Positions 10,232 through 20,161 of a stretch of 36,882 bases of DNA are shown here, piece after piece. The notes under the pieces were generated by a model, which saw only the letters and a program-made list of their open reading frames with translations, did no database searches and was not told where the DNA came from. The stretch is from the NCBI GenBank assembly GCA_018400255.1, contig JAGYMO010000362.1, positions 1 to 36,882 on the forward strand. Reading direction: 5' to 3'. Positions within the stretch are counted from its first letter, which is position 1. Every line of letters begins with the position of its first letter. Source of the stretch: Deltaproteobacteria bacterium (lineage in GTDB: Bacteria; Desulfobacterota; DSM-4660; Desulfatiglandales; B25-G16). The position numbers were made by a program, and so were the translations under genes.

Positions 10232-11280
10232 CTTTTTAATCTTATAGCCGGCCCATCAATTTTTTTCTCTATTCTTCCTATTCGGTACGCACTTTCACCC
10301 ATTTTAATAATCTCATGTAATATATCCGGGGTATCTTTTTCTGATGCAATTAGTATCATGCCAATACCATTGTTAAAGGTTTTTTCCATTTCTTTTTCAT
10401 TGAGGTTTCCAGCCTTTTTTATAAAACCAAATATTGGGTGAGGTGTCCAGGATGACTTTTCAATTATTGCCTGGCAGTTATCAGGGAGTATCCTTGGCAG
10501 GTTTTCCGTTATGCCTCCGCCCGTTATATGTGCCAATCCGTAAAGAGAAAAGTTTTTTATCAAGCTGGTTATTACCTTTACATATATTTTGGTTGGTTCC
10601 AACAATTCTTCGCCAAGTGTTCGGCCAAATTCCTCAACGTAGTTATTCAATGACATTTTGAGCTCATCAAAGAAGATCCGCCTTACAAGGCTATATCCAT
10701 TGCTGTGAAGGCCGCTTGAGGCTATTCCAATTATATGATGGCCTGGTAATATTTTGGTCCCGTCAATTATTCTATCCGCGTCAACTATACCGGTAACAAA
10801 CCCTGCAAGATCGTATTCTTGATCGCCGTAGAACCCCGGCATTTCTGCAGTCTCACCGCCTATCAGCGCACAATTTGCCTCACTGCAGCCCATGCTGATC
10901 CCCTTTACTATGTCTACGGCTGTTTTTTGGTTTAACGTGCCCATGGAGAGATAATCCAGGAAGAAAAGAGGCTTTGCTCCTTGAACAATAATATCATTAA
11001 CGCACATGGCCACAAGGTCTATGCCTACGGTATCGTGTTTGTCCAGCATGAATGCTATTTTAAGCTTTGTTCCTACACCGTCGGTAGAGGATACAAGGAT
11101 AGGCTTATTAATGCTTTCTAAATTAACAGCATAAAGGCCTGCAAATCCCCCTATATTTCCAAGTACATTTGAATTGAATGTTTTTGATACAATAGGTTTT
11201 ATAGATTGTACAAATTTGTTTCCCGCATCTATGTTGACACCAGCCTGTGCATATCTATCTTTTATTTTTGAATTTTCCAT
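10228..11280 (-). CDS. purM: phosphoribosylformylglycinamidine cyclo-ligase (AIR synthetase)
   Basis: 350-aa ORF with YAQAGVNIDAGN start, DGVGTK and GHHIIGIASSGLHSNGYSL motifs. Confidence 0.95.
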   Translation of the reverse strand: MENSKIKDRYAQAGVNIDAGNKFVQSIKPIVSKTFNSNVLGNIGGFAGLYAVNLESINKPILVSSTDGVGTKLKIAFMLDKHDTVGIDLVAMCVNDIIVQGAKPLFFLDYLSMGTLNQKTAVDIVKGISMGCSEANCALIGGETAEMPGFYGDQEYDLAGFVTGIVDADRIIDGTKILPGHHIIGIASSGLHSNGYSLVRRIFFDELKMSLNNYVEEFGRTLGEELLEPTKIYVKVITSLIKNFSLYGLAHITGGGITENLPRILPDNCQAIIEKSSWTPHPIFGFIKKAGNLNEKEMEKTFNNGIGMILIASEKDTPDILHEIIKMGESAYRIGRIEKKIDGPAIRLKS

Positions 11281-11664
11281 AGATTTTACCTGTTATTTAT
11301 AAAATGTTAAGTTCGATTGTGAATGGATTATAAAGAATGTTTCAAAACATTACAAGATCTTAGTGTTGAGGTTACTATTTAATGAAGCCTTTCTATTATT
11401 CCAGGGCAATCTATCGGAAATTAGGTCCTTTGATTCGGGAGTTTTTGGCAAAGACTATATATAGGTAACTTTATAGTCCGGTTGCCTTCAGTTAGCTAAA
11501 ATCCACTTAGTCCTCTTAGCTTAACAAAACCTTATCGTGAGAAGATGCGGGATCACCACGATAAAACAAAGCTCTTTATTGAGCTTTTGGGAGTTTAATA
11601 GCAGGGCTGTTAGCTTATATAATAAAACCACCTGTCTTAATTAGAGAAAATAGCAAAGAAACTT

Positions 11665-11694
11665 TTGACTATTTTCCCTTTTATGTAGTATTAA
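11665..11694 (+). promoter_or_regulatory. sigma-70-type promoter for the alaC-hom-thrH operon
   Basis: TTGACT - 18 nt - TATTAA, ending about 29 nt upstream of the ATG at 11723. Confidence 0.45.
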
Positions 11695-11722
11695 TAACAA
11701 AATTTTTGAGAAGGGTTTGAAT

Positions 11723-12889
11723 ATGTTTAAATTTCCAAGAATAGACCGATTGCCTCCTTACGTATTTGCCACTGTTGATAAATGGAAAATGGATCAAAGG
11801 AGAGACGGCGCGGATGTCATTGACCTGGGTATGGGTAATCCTGATATCTCAACGCCGAAGCACATTGTAGATAAGATGGTAGAATCTGTTCAGAAGGGAA
11901 AAAATCACCGTTATTCAGCCTCCCGGGGTATTAATATGTTGCGCCAAGCAATATCTGAGTGGTACAAAAACCGTTTTGGTGTTGAAATAGACCCTGAGGA
12001 AGAAGCTATCGTGACTATAGGAGTGAAGGAGGGAATGTCTCATTTAGTTTTGGCAACCATAAGTCCTGGGGATGTTGTATTTGCCCCTAACCCTACATAT
12101 CCCATTCACCCTTATTCTGCTATTATTGCCGGTGGTGATCTCAGGGGTATACCAATAGGAAAGGATAGAGATTTTTTTGAGGACCTCCTTTCAGCTACAA
12201 AACAAACATGGCCTAAACCAAAAATGCTCATAATTTCTTATCCTCATAATCCTACTACAAATGTGGCTGATGGAGAGTTTTTTAAGAAGATAGTAGAATT
12301 TTGTACAGACAACGAAATAATGGTTATCCATGATTTTGCATACGCAGATCTGGTTTTTGATGGTTATAAGGCCCCGAGTTTTCTTCAGACTGATGGCGCC
12401 AAACGAATTGGTGTAGAGTTTTTTAGCCTTTCAAAGAGTTATTCCATGCCAGGCTGGAGGGTAGGTTTTTGTGCAGGAAACCGGGAAATAATTGCTGCCT
12501 TAAGAAGGATAAAGAGCTATTTAGACTATGGTATTTTTCAGCCAATACAGATTGCATCTATTATAGCCCTTAAGGGCCCGTATGATTGCGTAGATGAAAC
12601 AGTTAAAATTTACGAGGAAAGGCGTGATGCCTTGATTAATGGTTTAGGGCGTGTTGGCTGGGAAATCGATAAACCTAAAGGAACCATGTTTGTGTGGGCA
12701 AAGATACCAGAGAAATATTCAAAAATAGGTTCACTGGAATTCTCTAAACTTTTGATAAAAGAGGCAAGGGTAGCTGTATCTCCGGGCATAGGTTTTGGTC
12801 AGTATGGAGAGGGATATGTTAGGTTTGCACTTGTTGAGAATAAGCATAGAATTAATCAGGCTGTTAGAGGAATCAAGGCTATTTTGTAA
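11723..12889 (+). CDS. alaC: PLP-dependent aminotransferase class I/II, AlaC/YfdZ-like (alanine/glutamate-pyruvate transaminase)
   Basis: The N-terminal [10 protein letters not shown]...DLGMGNPD resembles AlaC-type aminotransferases. The [12 protein letters not shown] motif carries the PLP lysine. Start moved to the ATG at 11723, 7 nt after AAGGG. The TTG at 11717 has no spacing to the ribosome site. Confidence 0.8.
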   Translation: MFKFPRIDRLPPYVFATVDKWKMDQRRDGADVIDLGMGNPDISTPKHIVDKMVESVQKGKNHRYSASRGINMLRQAISEWYKNRFGVEIDPEEEAIVTIGVKEGMSHLVLATISPGDVVFAPNPTYPIHPYSAIIAGGDLRGIPIGKDRDFFEDLLSATKQTWPKPKMLIISYPHNPTTNVADGEFFKKIVEFCTDNEIMVIHDFAYADLVFDGYKAPSFLQTDGAKRIGVEFFSLSKSYSMPGWRVGFCAGNREIIAALRRIKSYLDYGIFQPIQIASIIALKGPYDCVDETVKIYEERRDALINGLGRVGWEIDKPKGTMFVWAKIPEKYSKIGSLEFSKLLIKEARVAVSPGIGFGQYGEGYVRFALVENKHRINQAVRGIKAIL

Positions 12890-13039
12890 GTGCTCGAGTT
12901 GCGAATGTTAGATTAGAGAGAATCTATTTCAAGCTTCCTTGATTGATCTTCAGGCTAAAAATATGTTGAGTAAATAAAGACCTGGTTATGTGAGATTATA
13001 GTAGATTAAAAAGGTTAAAATATAAGCGGGGGTAAAATT

Positions 13040-14344
13040 ATGCCTCAGGTAAAAGTTGGTCTTGTTGGCTTTGGTATAGTAGGGGCTGGTGTTGCAGAGA
13101 TACTAATAAATAATAGTGAAATTATAAAAAACAGGCTTGGATCGGAGGTTGTGTTAAAAAAAATTGCGGACCTGGATATTAATTCAGACAGGGGCGTTAA
13201 GGTTGATAATAGGCTTTTCACCACTGATGCGATGGAGGTGATAAATGATCCGGATATAGATATTATAATAGAGCTTATTGGGGGCTGTGACTATGCCAAG
13301 GAGTATATACTGAAGGCCATGGAAAATGGAAAGCATGTAGTCACGGCAAATAAGGCCTTATTAGCACAGCATGGCAGACTTTTATTTGACTCATCAGAAA
13401 AGTATGGCGTGGACATTGCTTTTGAGGCTAGTGTAGCAGGGGGTATTCCCATTATAAAGGTCTTGAGAGAAGGGTTGGCAGCAAATAATATCAAAGAGGT
13501 TCTGTCTATCCTAAATGGGACATCTAATTATATATTAACCAGGATGACAAAAGAGGGGATCTCTTTTAGCGAGGCCCTTTCAAAGGCAAGAAAACTGGGC
13601 TACGCAGAGGCAGATCCTACCCTTGATATTGATGGGAGTGATGCAGCTCATAAATTGACTATATTGATTTCTCTGATCTTTGGAACGCCCTATCATTTTG
13701 ATGATGTTTACAGGGAGGGTATTGATAAAGTTTTACCGTTAGATATTAGGTTTGCCAGTGAGCTTGGTTATTGTATCAAGCTGCTAGCCATAGCAAGGCT
13801 TATTGATGGAAATATTGAGGCGAGGCTGCACCCCACGTTTGTACCGTCTGATCATATTCTGGCAAATGTTATAAATGCATTTAATGCGCTCTATATACAA
13901 GGAGATTTTGTGGGTTCCACATTATTTTATGGACTTGGAGCAGGTAGAAGGCCTACAGCCAGTGCAGTTGTGGCTGACTTAATAGATTTGGGCAGAAATA
14001 AGATTAGTGGTGCTGCAAGGAGGGTTTTACCGTTATCTTTTGCATCTCCTCCTGAGAAGGAATTGCCTATCAAACCAATGGATCAGATAATCAGCGAGTA
14101 TTATTTTAGATTTTCTGCCGTAGATAAACCAGGGGTTCTTTCGAAAATATCCGGGATTCTGGGGTCAAATAATATAAGCATAGCCACTGTTATCCAGAAA
14201 GAAAGAGAGTCGGATTCGTCCGTACCACTTGTTATGTTGACTCACGAGGCAAGGGAAATTGATGTAAAAAAATCTTTAGAACTTATTGATAGATTAGATG
14301 TGGTTGTTGAGAAAACAGTGCTATACAGAGTGGAAAAGAGGTAG
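13040..14344 (+). CDS. hom: homoserine dehydrogenase
   Basis: 434-aa ORF with GFGIVGAG NAD-binding start, the catalytic domain and a C-terminal ACT domain (FSAVDKPGVLSKISGILG). Confidence 0.95.
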   Translation: MPQVKVGLVGFGIVGAGVAEILINNSEIIKNRLGSEVVLKKIADLDINSDRGVKVDNRLFTTDAMEVINDPDIDIIIELIGGCDYAKEYILKAMENGKHVVTANKALLAQHGRLLFDSSEKYGVDIAFEASVAGGIPIIKVLREGLAANNIKEVLSILNGTSNYILTRMTKEGISFSEALSKARKLGYAEADPTLDIDGSDAAHKLTILISLIFGTPYHFDDVYREGIDKVLPLDIRFASELGYCIKLLAIARLIDGNIEARLHPTFVPSDHILANVINAFNALYIQGDFVGSTLFYGLGAGRRPTASAVVADLIDLGRNKISGAARRVLPLSFASPPEKELPIKPMDQIISEYYFRFSAVDKPGVLSKISGILGSNNISIATVIQKERESDSSVPLVMLTHEAREIDVKKSLELIDRLDVVVEKTVLYRVEKR

Positions 14345-14351
14345 TTGGTGT

Positions 14352-14957
14352 ATGTATATAATTTGCGCAGATCTTGAAGGGATATTCGTTCCGGAAATTT
14401 GGATAAATGTGGCTGAGAAGACTGGCATAGAGGAACTCAGGTTGACTACAAGGGATATTTCTGACTACGATGAATTAATGAGGGGAAGGCTGGAAATACT
14501 AAGAAGAAAAGGGCTTGGTATTAGAGACATTCAAGAGGTGATTGAAACAATGGACCCATTGGATGGGGCGGAGGAGTTTCTAAAATGGGTCAGGGATAGA
14601 TTTCAATTTATCCTTGTTTCAGATACCTTTGTTGAATTTGCTGATCCTTTGCTGAAAAAATTAAACAGACCTACATTATTTTGTAATTCCCTTTTAATTG
14701 ATAGCGGCGGTATGATAGTTGATTATCAACTTAGGCAGAGGGATGGTAAAAGACATGTAATAAAGGCATTGCGAAGTTTGGAGTATACGGTGATAGCAGT
14801 AGGAGATAGCTATAATGATATTACCATGCTAAATGAGGCAGACAAGGGAATACTGTTTAGACCGCCGGCTAAGATAAGGAGTGAATTTAACCATTTTCCT
14901 GCTATTCATTTGTATGATGAATTTAAAGATGAACTGAAAAGTTATTTAAAAAACTGA
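14352..14957 (+). CDS. thrH: bifunctional phosphoserine phosphatase / homoserine phosphotransferase (HAD family)
   Basis: MYIICADLEGIFVPEIWINVAEKTG... is collinear with Pseudomonas ThrH (CLDLEGVLVPEIWI, GDSYND). The internal ATG is chosen as start. The extension to 14298 overlaps hom. Confidence 0.85.
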   Translation: MYIICADLEGIFVPEIWINVAEKTGIEELRLTTRDISDYDELMRGRLEILRRKGLGIRDIQEVIETMDPLDGAEEFLKWVRDRFQFILVSDTFVEFADPLLKKLNRPTLFCNSLLIDSGGMIVDYQLRQRDGKRHVIKALRSLEYTVIAVGDSYNDITMLNEADKGILFRPPAKIRSEFNHFPAIHLYDEFKDELKSYLKN

Positions 14958-15078
14958 GATTAGTGAAATTTTTCATCATCCATATATTAGTATCCGCATT
15001 TGTCTTTCAGCAATAATTATATCCTTATTCAAGATTAGGCAGATAAAATGAGGGGCATACTAGTCAAGGGTAATTCGA

Positions 15079-15486
15079 ATGCAAAAACTAAAAAATGAAA
15101 CATATTATCGGGTTATTTATGGTGATTGTGATTCCATGGCCATAGTATATTACGCGAATTACCTAAGGTTCTTTGAGATAGGAAGAACAGAATTGTTAAG
15201 GGATTCAGGTTTAAATTATAAAGAGGTTGAAGAAAAAGGGTTTTTTTTACCGGCAACAGAGACCAAGCTGAATTACATAAAATCTGCGAAGTACGATGAT
15301 CTCTTGAGGATCGAGACAACTATAGGTTTTGTAAAAAGGGCTAGTACTAGGTTTGATTATGATATCTACAACGGGGAGGAATTAATTGTTCGAGGCCATA
15401 CGATCCACGCATGTTTAGACAGATACAACAGGGTGGTGCGTTTTCCGGACATGCTTATTAATGTGTTAAGAGGAGAAAGATCATGA
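15079..15486 (+). CDS. acyl-CoA thioesterase, YbgC/4HBT hot-dog family
   Basis: 135-aa ORF with an N-terminal VIYGDCDSMAIVYYANYLRFFE motif (catalytic Asp) typical of YbgC-type thioesterases. Confidence 0.85.
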   Translation: MQKLKNETYYRVIYGDCDSMAIVYYANYLRFFEIGRTELLRDSGLNYKEVEEKGFFLPATETKLNYIKSAKYDDLLRIETTIGFVKRASTRFDYDIYNGEELIVRGHTIHACLDRYNRVVRFPDMLINVLRGERS

Positions 15487-16166
15487 ATATACTATTATTT
15501 GGGCCGAATGGAAGTGGAAAGGGGACTCAAGGTGCAATTATAAAGGAAAAACAGGGAGTGCCTCACATTGAGACAGGTGTTATTTTTAGGGAAAATATAT
15601 CTGGAGGGACTGAGCTCGGTGAAAAGGCTAGGGCTTATATTGATAAGGGGGAATTGGTGCCAGATGAAATTACTATACCAATGGTTCTTGATAGACTGAA
15701 GAAGCCTGATTGCATCAGTGGTTGGCTCCTGGATGGATTTCCTCGCAATCTTGCGCAGGCCGTAAGCCTGAACAAGGCATTAGACAATGAAGGTATGAGT
15801 GTGGATGTACTTATTGAAATCAATCTGGATAGGGAAATAGCTAAAAAGAGGATAATGGGACGTAGGATATGTGTTAATGATAATAACCATCCTAACAATA
15901 TAAACATAGAGGCCATAAAACCAAATGGTGACCGATGTAGGATATGTGGCGGTCTTTTGAAAACACGGGAAGATGATCAGGATGAGTCCGCTATTGATAA
16001 GAGACATGAAATTTATTTTGATTCGAAACAAGGGACAATGGCAGCTATTAACTTTTTTAAGGACTTATCCGAAAATAACGGAAGTCCTTCCGTCATAGAA
16101 TTGGACGGGAAAAAAGGTGTTGGAGAAGTGACAGATGAGTTAATGAAAAAATTGGCTGATTTGTAA
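15483..16166 (+). CDS. adk: adenylate kinase with metal-binding lid
   Basis: P-loop GPNGSGKGTQ and GFPRN motif. The lid carries a Cys-X5-His-X15-Cys-X2-Cys motif. ATGA start/stop overlap with the upstream thioesterase gene. Confidence 0.9.
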   Translation: MNILLFGPNGSGKGTQGAIIKEKQGVPHIETGVIFRENISGGTELGEKARAYIDKGELVPDEITIPMVLDRLKKPDCISGWLLDGFPRNLAQAVSLNKALDNEGMSVDVLIEINLDREIAKKRIMGRRICVNDNNHPNNINIEAIKPNGDRCRICGGLLKTREDDQDESAIDKRHEIYFDSKQGTMAAINFFKDLSENNGSPSVIELDGKKGVGEVTDELMKKLADL

Positions 16167-16345
16167 TACCTTAGTCATAGTTAAACAGGGTAAGTTGGCA
16201 ATAGTATTTTTTTGAAATTGCTGTGTATGGCCTCGTGATGTTTTCAATCTCTCATGTGAAATTTGATGCATGATCATGAAAAAGAATATCGCTTAAGTAA
16301 TTAGATTGGAGAGAGATTTTATGTAATTTAATAAAAGGAGGGATA

Positions 16346-17977
16346 GTGGAGCATTCAATAAGTCCTGGAGGCGAAGCATTTAGTCTTCCACAGGAAGATG
16401 ATTACAAAAAAGAATATGAAAGGCTCGCAGCAATTGTCAAGGAAGAAAAGAATAGAGGCCACACAATAGTAGTTGTGATGGGACTTGGTTTCGTGGGCGC
16501 AGTTATGGCCGCCGTTGTCGCAGACAGCGTGGATAAGGGTACAAAAAAACCTAATAAATTTGTAATAGGCATGCAAAGGCCAAGTCCTAGAAGTTACTGG
16601 AAGATCCCGCTGTTTAATAGGGGAATTTCTCCAGTCAATGCTGAAGACCCTGCTGTTGCTCAAATTATAAATGAATGTGTTCTGAAAAAGAAGACACTTA
16701 CAGCTACGTTTACATACGATGCCCTGAAGTTTGCAGATATCCTGGTTCTTGATGTTCAGTGTGATTTCATAAAAAATGACCTTGGGAATCTTCATAGCGG
16801 TTATGCAGAGATGGGTGCAATTGAGGAAAGCTTTAAGCTTATCGGCAGATTAATCAACCCGAATTGCTTGATTCTTATTGAAACTACAGTCCCCCCCGGC
16901 ACGACTGAATATATTGCTTATCCTATAATAAAAAAGGCCTTTGAGCGGCGTGGTATTAAGAAGGAGCCGCTTTTAGCTCATTCTTTTGAGAGGGTAATGC
17001 CTGGAAGGGATTATGTGCGTTCCATAAAAAATTTTTGGCGGGTCTGCAGCGGTATAAATAAGGAGAGTGAAAAAAAGACCGTAGATTTTTTAAGTGACGT
17101 TATTGAGGTTGATAAATATCCATTAAAGGTTTTAGACAGACCGATTGAAAGTGAGACATGCAAGATTATTGAAAATAGCTACAGGGCGACTATACTTGCT
17201 TTTTTAGATGAATGGAGTCTTTTTTCTGAGACAAATGGTGTAGATTTAATTAAGGTCATAGATGCGATTAAGGTTAGACCAACTCACAACAATATTATAT
17301 TCCCCGGACCTGGTATAGGTGGTTATTGTCTGCCAAAGGATGGGGGATTGGGGATATGGGCATATAAGCACCTCCTTGGCTTTGAAAATGATATATTTAG
17401 GATTACCCCTGAGGCGATAAACATTAATGATACAAGGGCACTTCATGTGGCGCAATTGGTTAGAGATGCATTGCGTAATATGGGAAAGATAGTTGCTGCC
17501 TCTAAGATTGCTATTTTAGGTGCATCCTACAGGGAAGACGTTGGCGATTCAAGGTACAGTGGTTCAGAATTGATTGTAAGAAAGATTACAGAGATGGGGG
17601 GAGAAATCAGTGTTCATGACCCATATATTGATCACTGGTGGGAGCTTGAGAGCCAAGATTCTTACCCTGCAATGGGAGAGAGCAGATCAAGGTTTTTTAG
17701 GAATCAGGAGCATCTTAAGGATTTAAGGATATCACCAACAATAAAGGATGCTGTTAGAGGCTCAGATGCACTAGTTTTGGCTGTTAGGCATAAGGAGTAT
17801 TTAGATCTAAAGGCAGAGGATATTATTGGTATGGCAGGTGGTCCTATGGCAGTGGTAGACTGTTTCGGTATTCTTGATGATGATACAATAAAGGCTTTTT
17901 TTGAACTTGGCTGTGAGGTAAAGGGCTTGGGAAGGGGCCATATACAAAGGATTAAAGAGAGGACAAGAAAAAAATAG
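16346..17977 (+). CDS. nucleotide-sugar dehydrogenase (UDP-glucose/GDP-mannose dehydrogenase family), long form
   Basis: 543-aa ORF with GTG start 6 nt after AAAGGAGGGA, GLGFVGAVMA Rossmann motif and catalytic-Cys context GGYCLPKD. Confidence 0.85.
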   Translation: MEHSISPGGEAFSLPQEDDYKKEYERLAAIVKEEKNRGHTIVVVMGLGFVGAVMAAVVADSVDKGTKKPNKFVIGMQRPSPRSYWKIPLFNRGISPVNAEDPAVAQIINECVLKKKTLTATFTYDALKFADILVLDVQCDFIKNDLGNLHSGYAEMGAIEESFKLIGRLINPNCLILIETTVPPGTTEYIAYPIIKKAFERRGIKKEPLLAHSFERVMPGRDYVRSIKNFWRVCSGINKESEKKTVDFLSDVIEVDKYPLKVLDRPIESETCKIIENSYRATILAFLDEWSLFSETNGVDLIKVIDAIKVRPTHNNIIFPGPGIGGYCLPKDGGLGIWAYKHLLGFENDIFRITPEAININDTRALHVAQLVRDALRNMGKIVAASKIAILGASYREDVGDSRYSGSELIVRKITEMGGEISVHDPYIDHWWELESQDSYPAMGESRSRFFRNQEHLKDLRISPTIKDAVRGSDALVLAVRHKEYLDLKAEDIIGMAGGPMAVVDCFGILDDDTIKAFFELGCEVKGLGRGHIQRIKERTRKK

Positions 17978-18063
17978 GTTATAGGTCTTTTAGGTAGTAA
18001 AAATTTATAATGAGCAGGATAGTATAGAATAACAAAAAATAAGGATAGTACTTGTGGCAGAGA

Positions 18064-18909
18064 TCATGACTCTGTTTTAATATCTTGTCGCTGCTTATTA
18101 TTACTAGATGATTTTTCAACTATTACCTTTGTGTCATAACTATTTTCTTCATTGAGATAGGATGAGGCCCTTCCCATATTTATTGCTATTTCTAAGAAAT
18201 TTGAGCTGCCGATAAGCGCTAAAAAATTTCCCCTTGAAACATCATTGTAGGAGCGGTTTATTTGTTTTAAGATAATTTTACCAACCTTAATCATAAAGCC
18301 CTCTGATTCAATAAAGGCCCTTAATCTTTCCTCCGTTATATTGGTAATAAGATTCCCAAAGTTGTCTACCCTTATCACATGACCAATAAGCCTACCTTTT
18401 TTCTCGTACGGCGCAGGATAGCTCAAGGTTGTTAGGTCAGAAGTTGTTTCTCCGAAAAGAGATGGGCAAACACCACGTGAGAGATGAGCAGACACCGGCG
18501 CAAATATATCCCTTCCGTGAAATGTAGAGCTTACATCTGTTAGCCAGTATTTCCTTTCAGTGAGATTAATAATCTTTATATCAGGTTTTAACTCATTTAT
18601 AGGCCAGAATAGACCATTATCAGGGCCTACAAAAAAATAATTGTCTGCCAGCATTAAAATTGGTCTTCTATCTCCGCCTACACCAGGATCAATTATGCAC
18701 AGGTGAATTGTTCCCTTAGGAAACCATTTATAAGCCTCTTTTATTATTGTGGCCCCAGCCTGAATTGAACCTGCTGGAATTTCATGTGTTATGTCTACTA
18801 ATTTTACATGGGGATTTATCGTAAGGATTACCCCCTTCATGATGGCTACATATGGATCAGCTTGTCCAAAATCAGTTGTTATTGTAATAATTCCGGTAGG
18901 TTTTTGCAT
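18064..18909 (-). CDS. SAM hydroxide adenosyltransferase / chlorinase-fluorinase family (DUF62)
   Basis: 281-aa ORF. ITITTDFGQADPYVAIMKGVIL and VDPGVGG-like motifs are characteristic of the family. Confidence 0.85.
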   Translation of the reverse strand: MQKPTGIITITTDFGQADPYVAIMKGVILTINPHVKLVDITHEIPAGSIQAGATIIKEAYKWFPKGTIHLCIIDPGVGGDRRPILMLADNYFFVGPDNGLFWPINELKPDIKIINLTERKYWLTDVSSTFHGRDIFAPVSAHLSRGVCPSLFGETTSDLTTLSYPAPYEKKGRLIGHVIRVDNFGNLITNITEERLRAFIESEGFMIKVGKIILKQINRSYNDVSRGNFLALIGSSNFLEIAINMGRASSYLNEENSYDTKVIVEKSSSNNKQRQDIKTES

Positions 18910-19143
18910 AAATTATTTTTTCTTTGTTATAGAAAGTAGGTTAATAAGAAATTTCAAGGCATCATAAAGAGTATGAAGATATTAGTTATAGGAAATTATC
19001 TTCTACAGTTCAGAATTTTCTGTTTGTTTAAGTTGTTTTTCATTTTAGATTTGATATTTATAGTAACTTATGTTATCTGGCTAATCAAATAAATATAAAA
19101 ATAATTTTACATGACTTATTTTAACTAAAAGAAGGAGTTTAAT

Positions 19144-20052
19144 ATGACGGCAAAACTAATTAAAGGTACGGAAGTAAGAGATGAAATCTTGGTAGAGCTA
19201 AAAGATGAGGTAGATAAGATTAAAAATGAACATGGCGTTGTACCAGGGCTTGTCACTATTTTAGTTGGGGAGAATCCTGCATCTATTTCTTATGTAACCT
19301 CTAAGATAAAAACGGCACAGAGTTTAGGTTTTAAAGAGGTTCAGGACAATCAACCTGATGATATATCGGAACAGGATTTACTTGGCCTTGTTGATAAGTA
19401 TAACAAGGATGACTCAATACATGGAATCCTTGTGCAACTTCCATTACCAAAGCATATTGACGATAAGAAGATACTTAATGCCATTGACCCAGATAAGGAT
19501 GTTGACGGTTTTCACCCTGTAAATGTCGGTAGATTGATGATAGGTGGAGATGAGGCAAAATTCCTTCCTTGCACGCCGGCTGGTATTCAAGAACTCATTG
19601 TGAGATCTGGTGTAGAGACTGAAGGTGCTGAGGTTGTAGTTGTAGGTAGATCTAATATTGTTGGAAAACCTATAGCCAATATAATGCTTCAAAAGGGTCC
19701 GGGGGCTAATTCTACTGTAACAATAGCGCATACAAGAACAAAGGACCTGGCCTTTCACTGCAAGAGGGCTGATATTTTAATAGTAGCAGCAGGTGTGCCC
19801 GATCTGGTTAAACCTGAATGGATCAAACCCGGCGCATGCGTTATTGACGTTGGTGTGAACAGGGTAGGGGAGAAGATCAGCGAAAAGACGGGCAAGAAGA
19901 TTGCTATTCTCAAGGGTGATGTTGATTTCGAGAAGGCAAAAGAGATCGCAGGCTATATTACCCCTGTGCCCGGAGGCGTTGGGCCCATGACCATCACAAT
20001 GCTCATGAAAAACACCCTCAAATCCCTTAAATTTCATCTCGGAATTGAATAA
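19144..20052 (+). CDS. folD: bifunctional methylenetetrahydrofolate dehydrogenase / methenyl-THF cyclohydrolase
   Basis: 302-aa ORF with GILVQLPLP, VVGRSNIVGKP and PVPGGVGPMT motifs. AAGGAG ribosome site. Confidence 0.95.
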   Translation: MTAKLIKGTEVRDEILVELKDEVDKIKNEHGVVPGLVTILVGENPASISYVTSKIKTAQSLGFKEVQDNQPDDISEQDLLGLVDKYNKDDSIHGILVQLPLPKHIDDKKILNAIDPDKDVDGFHPVNVGRLMIGGDEAKFLPCTPAGIQELIVRSGVETEGAEVVVVGRSNIVGKPIANIMLQKGPGANSTVTIAHTRTKDLAFHCKRADILIVAAGVPDLVKPEWIKPGACVIDVGVNRVGEKISEKTGKKIAILKGDVDFEKAKEIAGYITPVPGGVGPMTITMLMKNTLKSLKFHLGIE

Positions 20053-20066
20053 ACTAGCATTCTTGA

Positions 20067-20106
20067 AGGGCATTCTCTTTAAGAAGCATGAGAATGCCCT
20101 TTCTTA
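20067..20106 (+). terminator. intrinsic terminator after folD
   Basis: 11-bp perfect stem AGGGCATTCTC / GAGAATGCCCT with a 12-nt loop, followed by TTTCTT. Begins 15 nt after the folD stop. Confidence 0.75.
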
Positions 20107-20161
20107 AAAAATTTGCTAGTAATTACACTGATAATGATAATTGACAGTGTCAATGAGTTAT

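Noticed and set aside
16355-16795. Long antisense or alternative-frame ORFs inside well-supported genes: 16355-16795, 34658-35140, 20403-20903, 1494-1838, 26284-26652, 6599-6910, 19444-19758, 27080-27379 and other track entries of about 60-100 aa.
   Set aside because: All are embedded opposite or out of frame in genes with strong homology. Their low-complexity Ser/Leu/Ile-rich translations have no motifs or ribosome sites. These are typical shadow ORFs.
20130-20141. A second Fur-like string, GATAATGATAAT, between folD and the M48 protease gene.
   Set aside because: Only the first 12 positions match (13/19 overall) and there is no dyad symmetry. It lies in a convergent 3'-3' spacer with no promoter to regulate.
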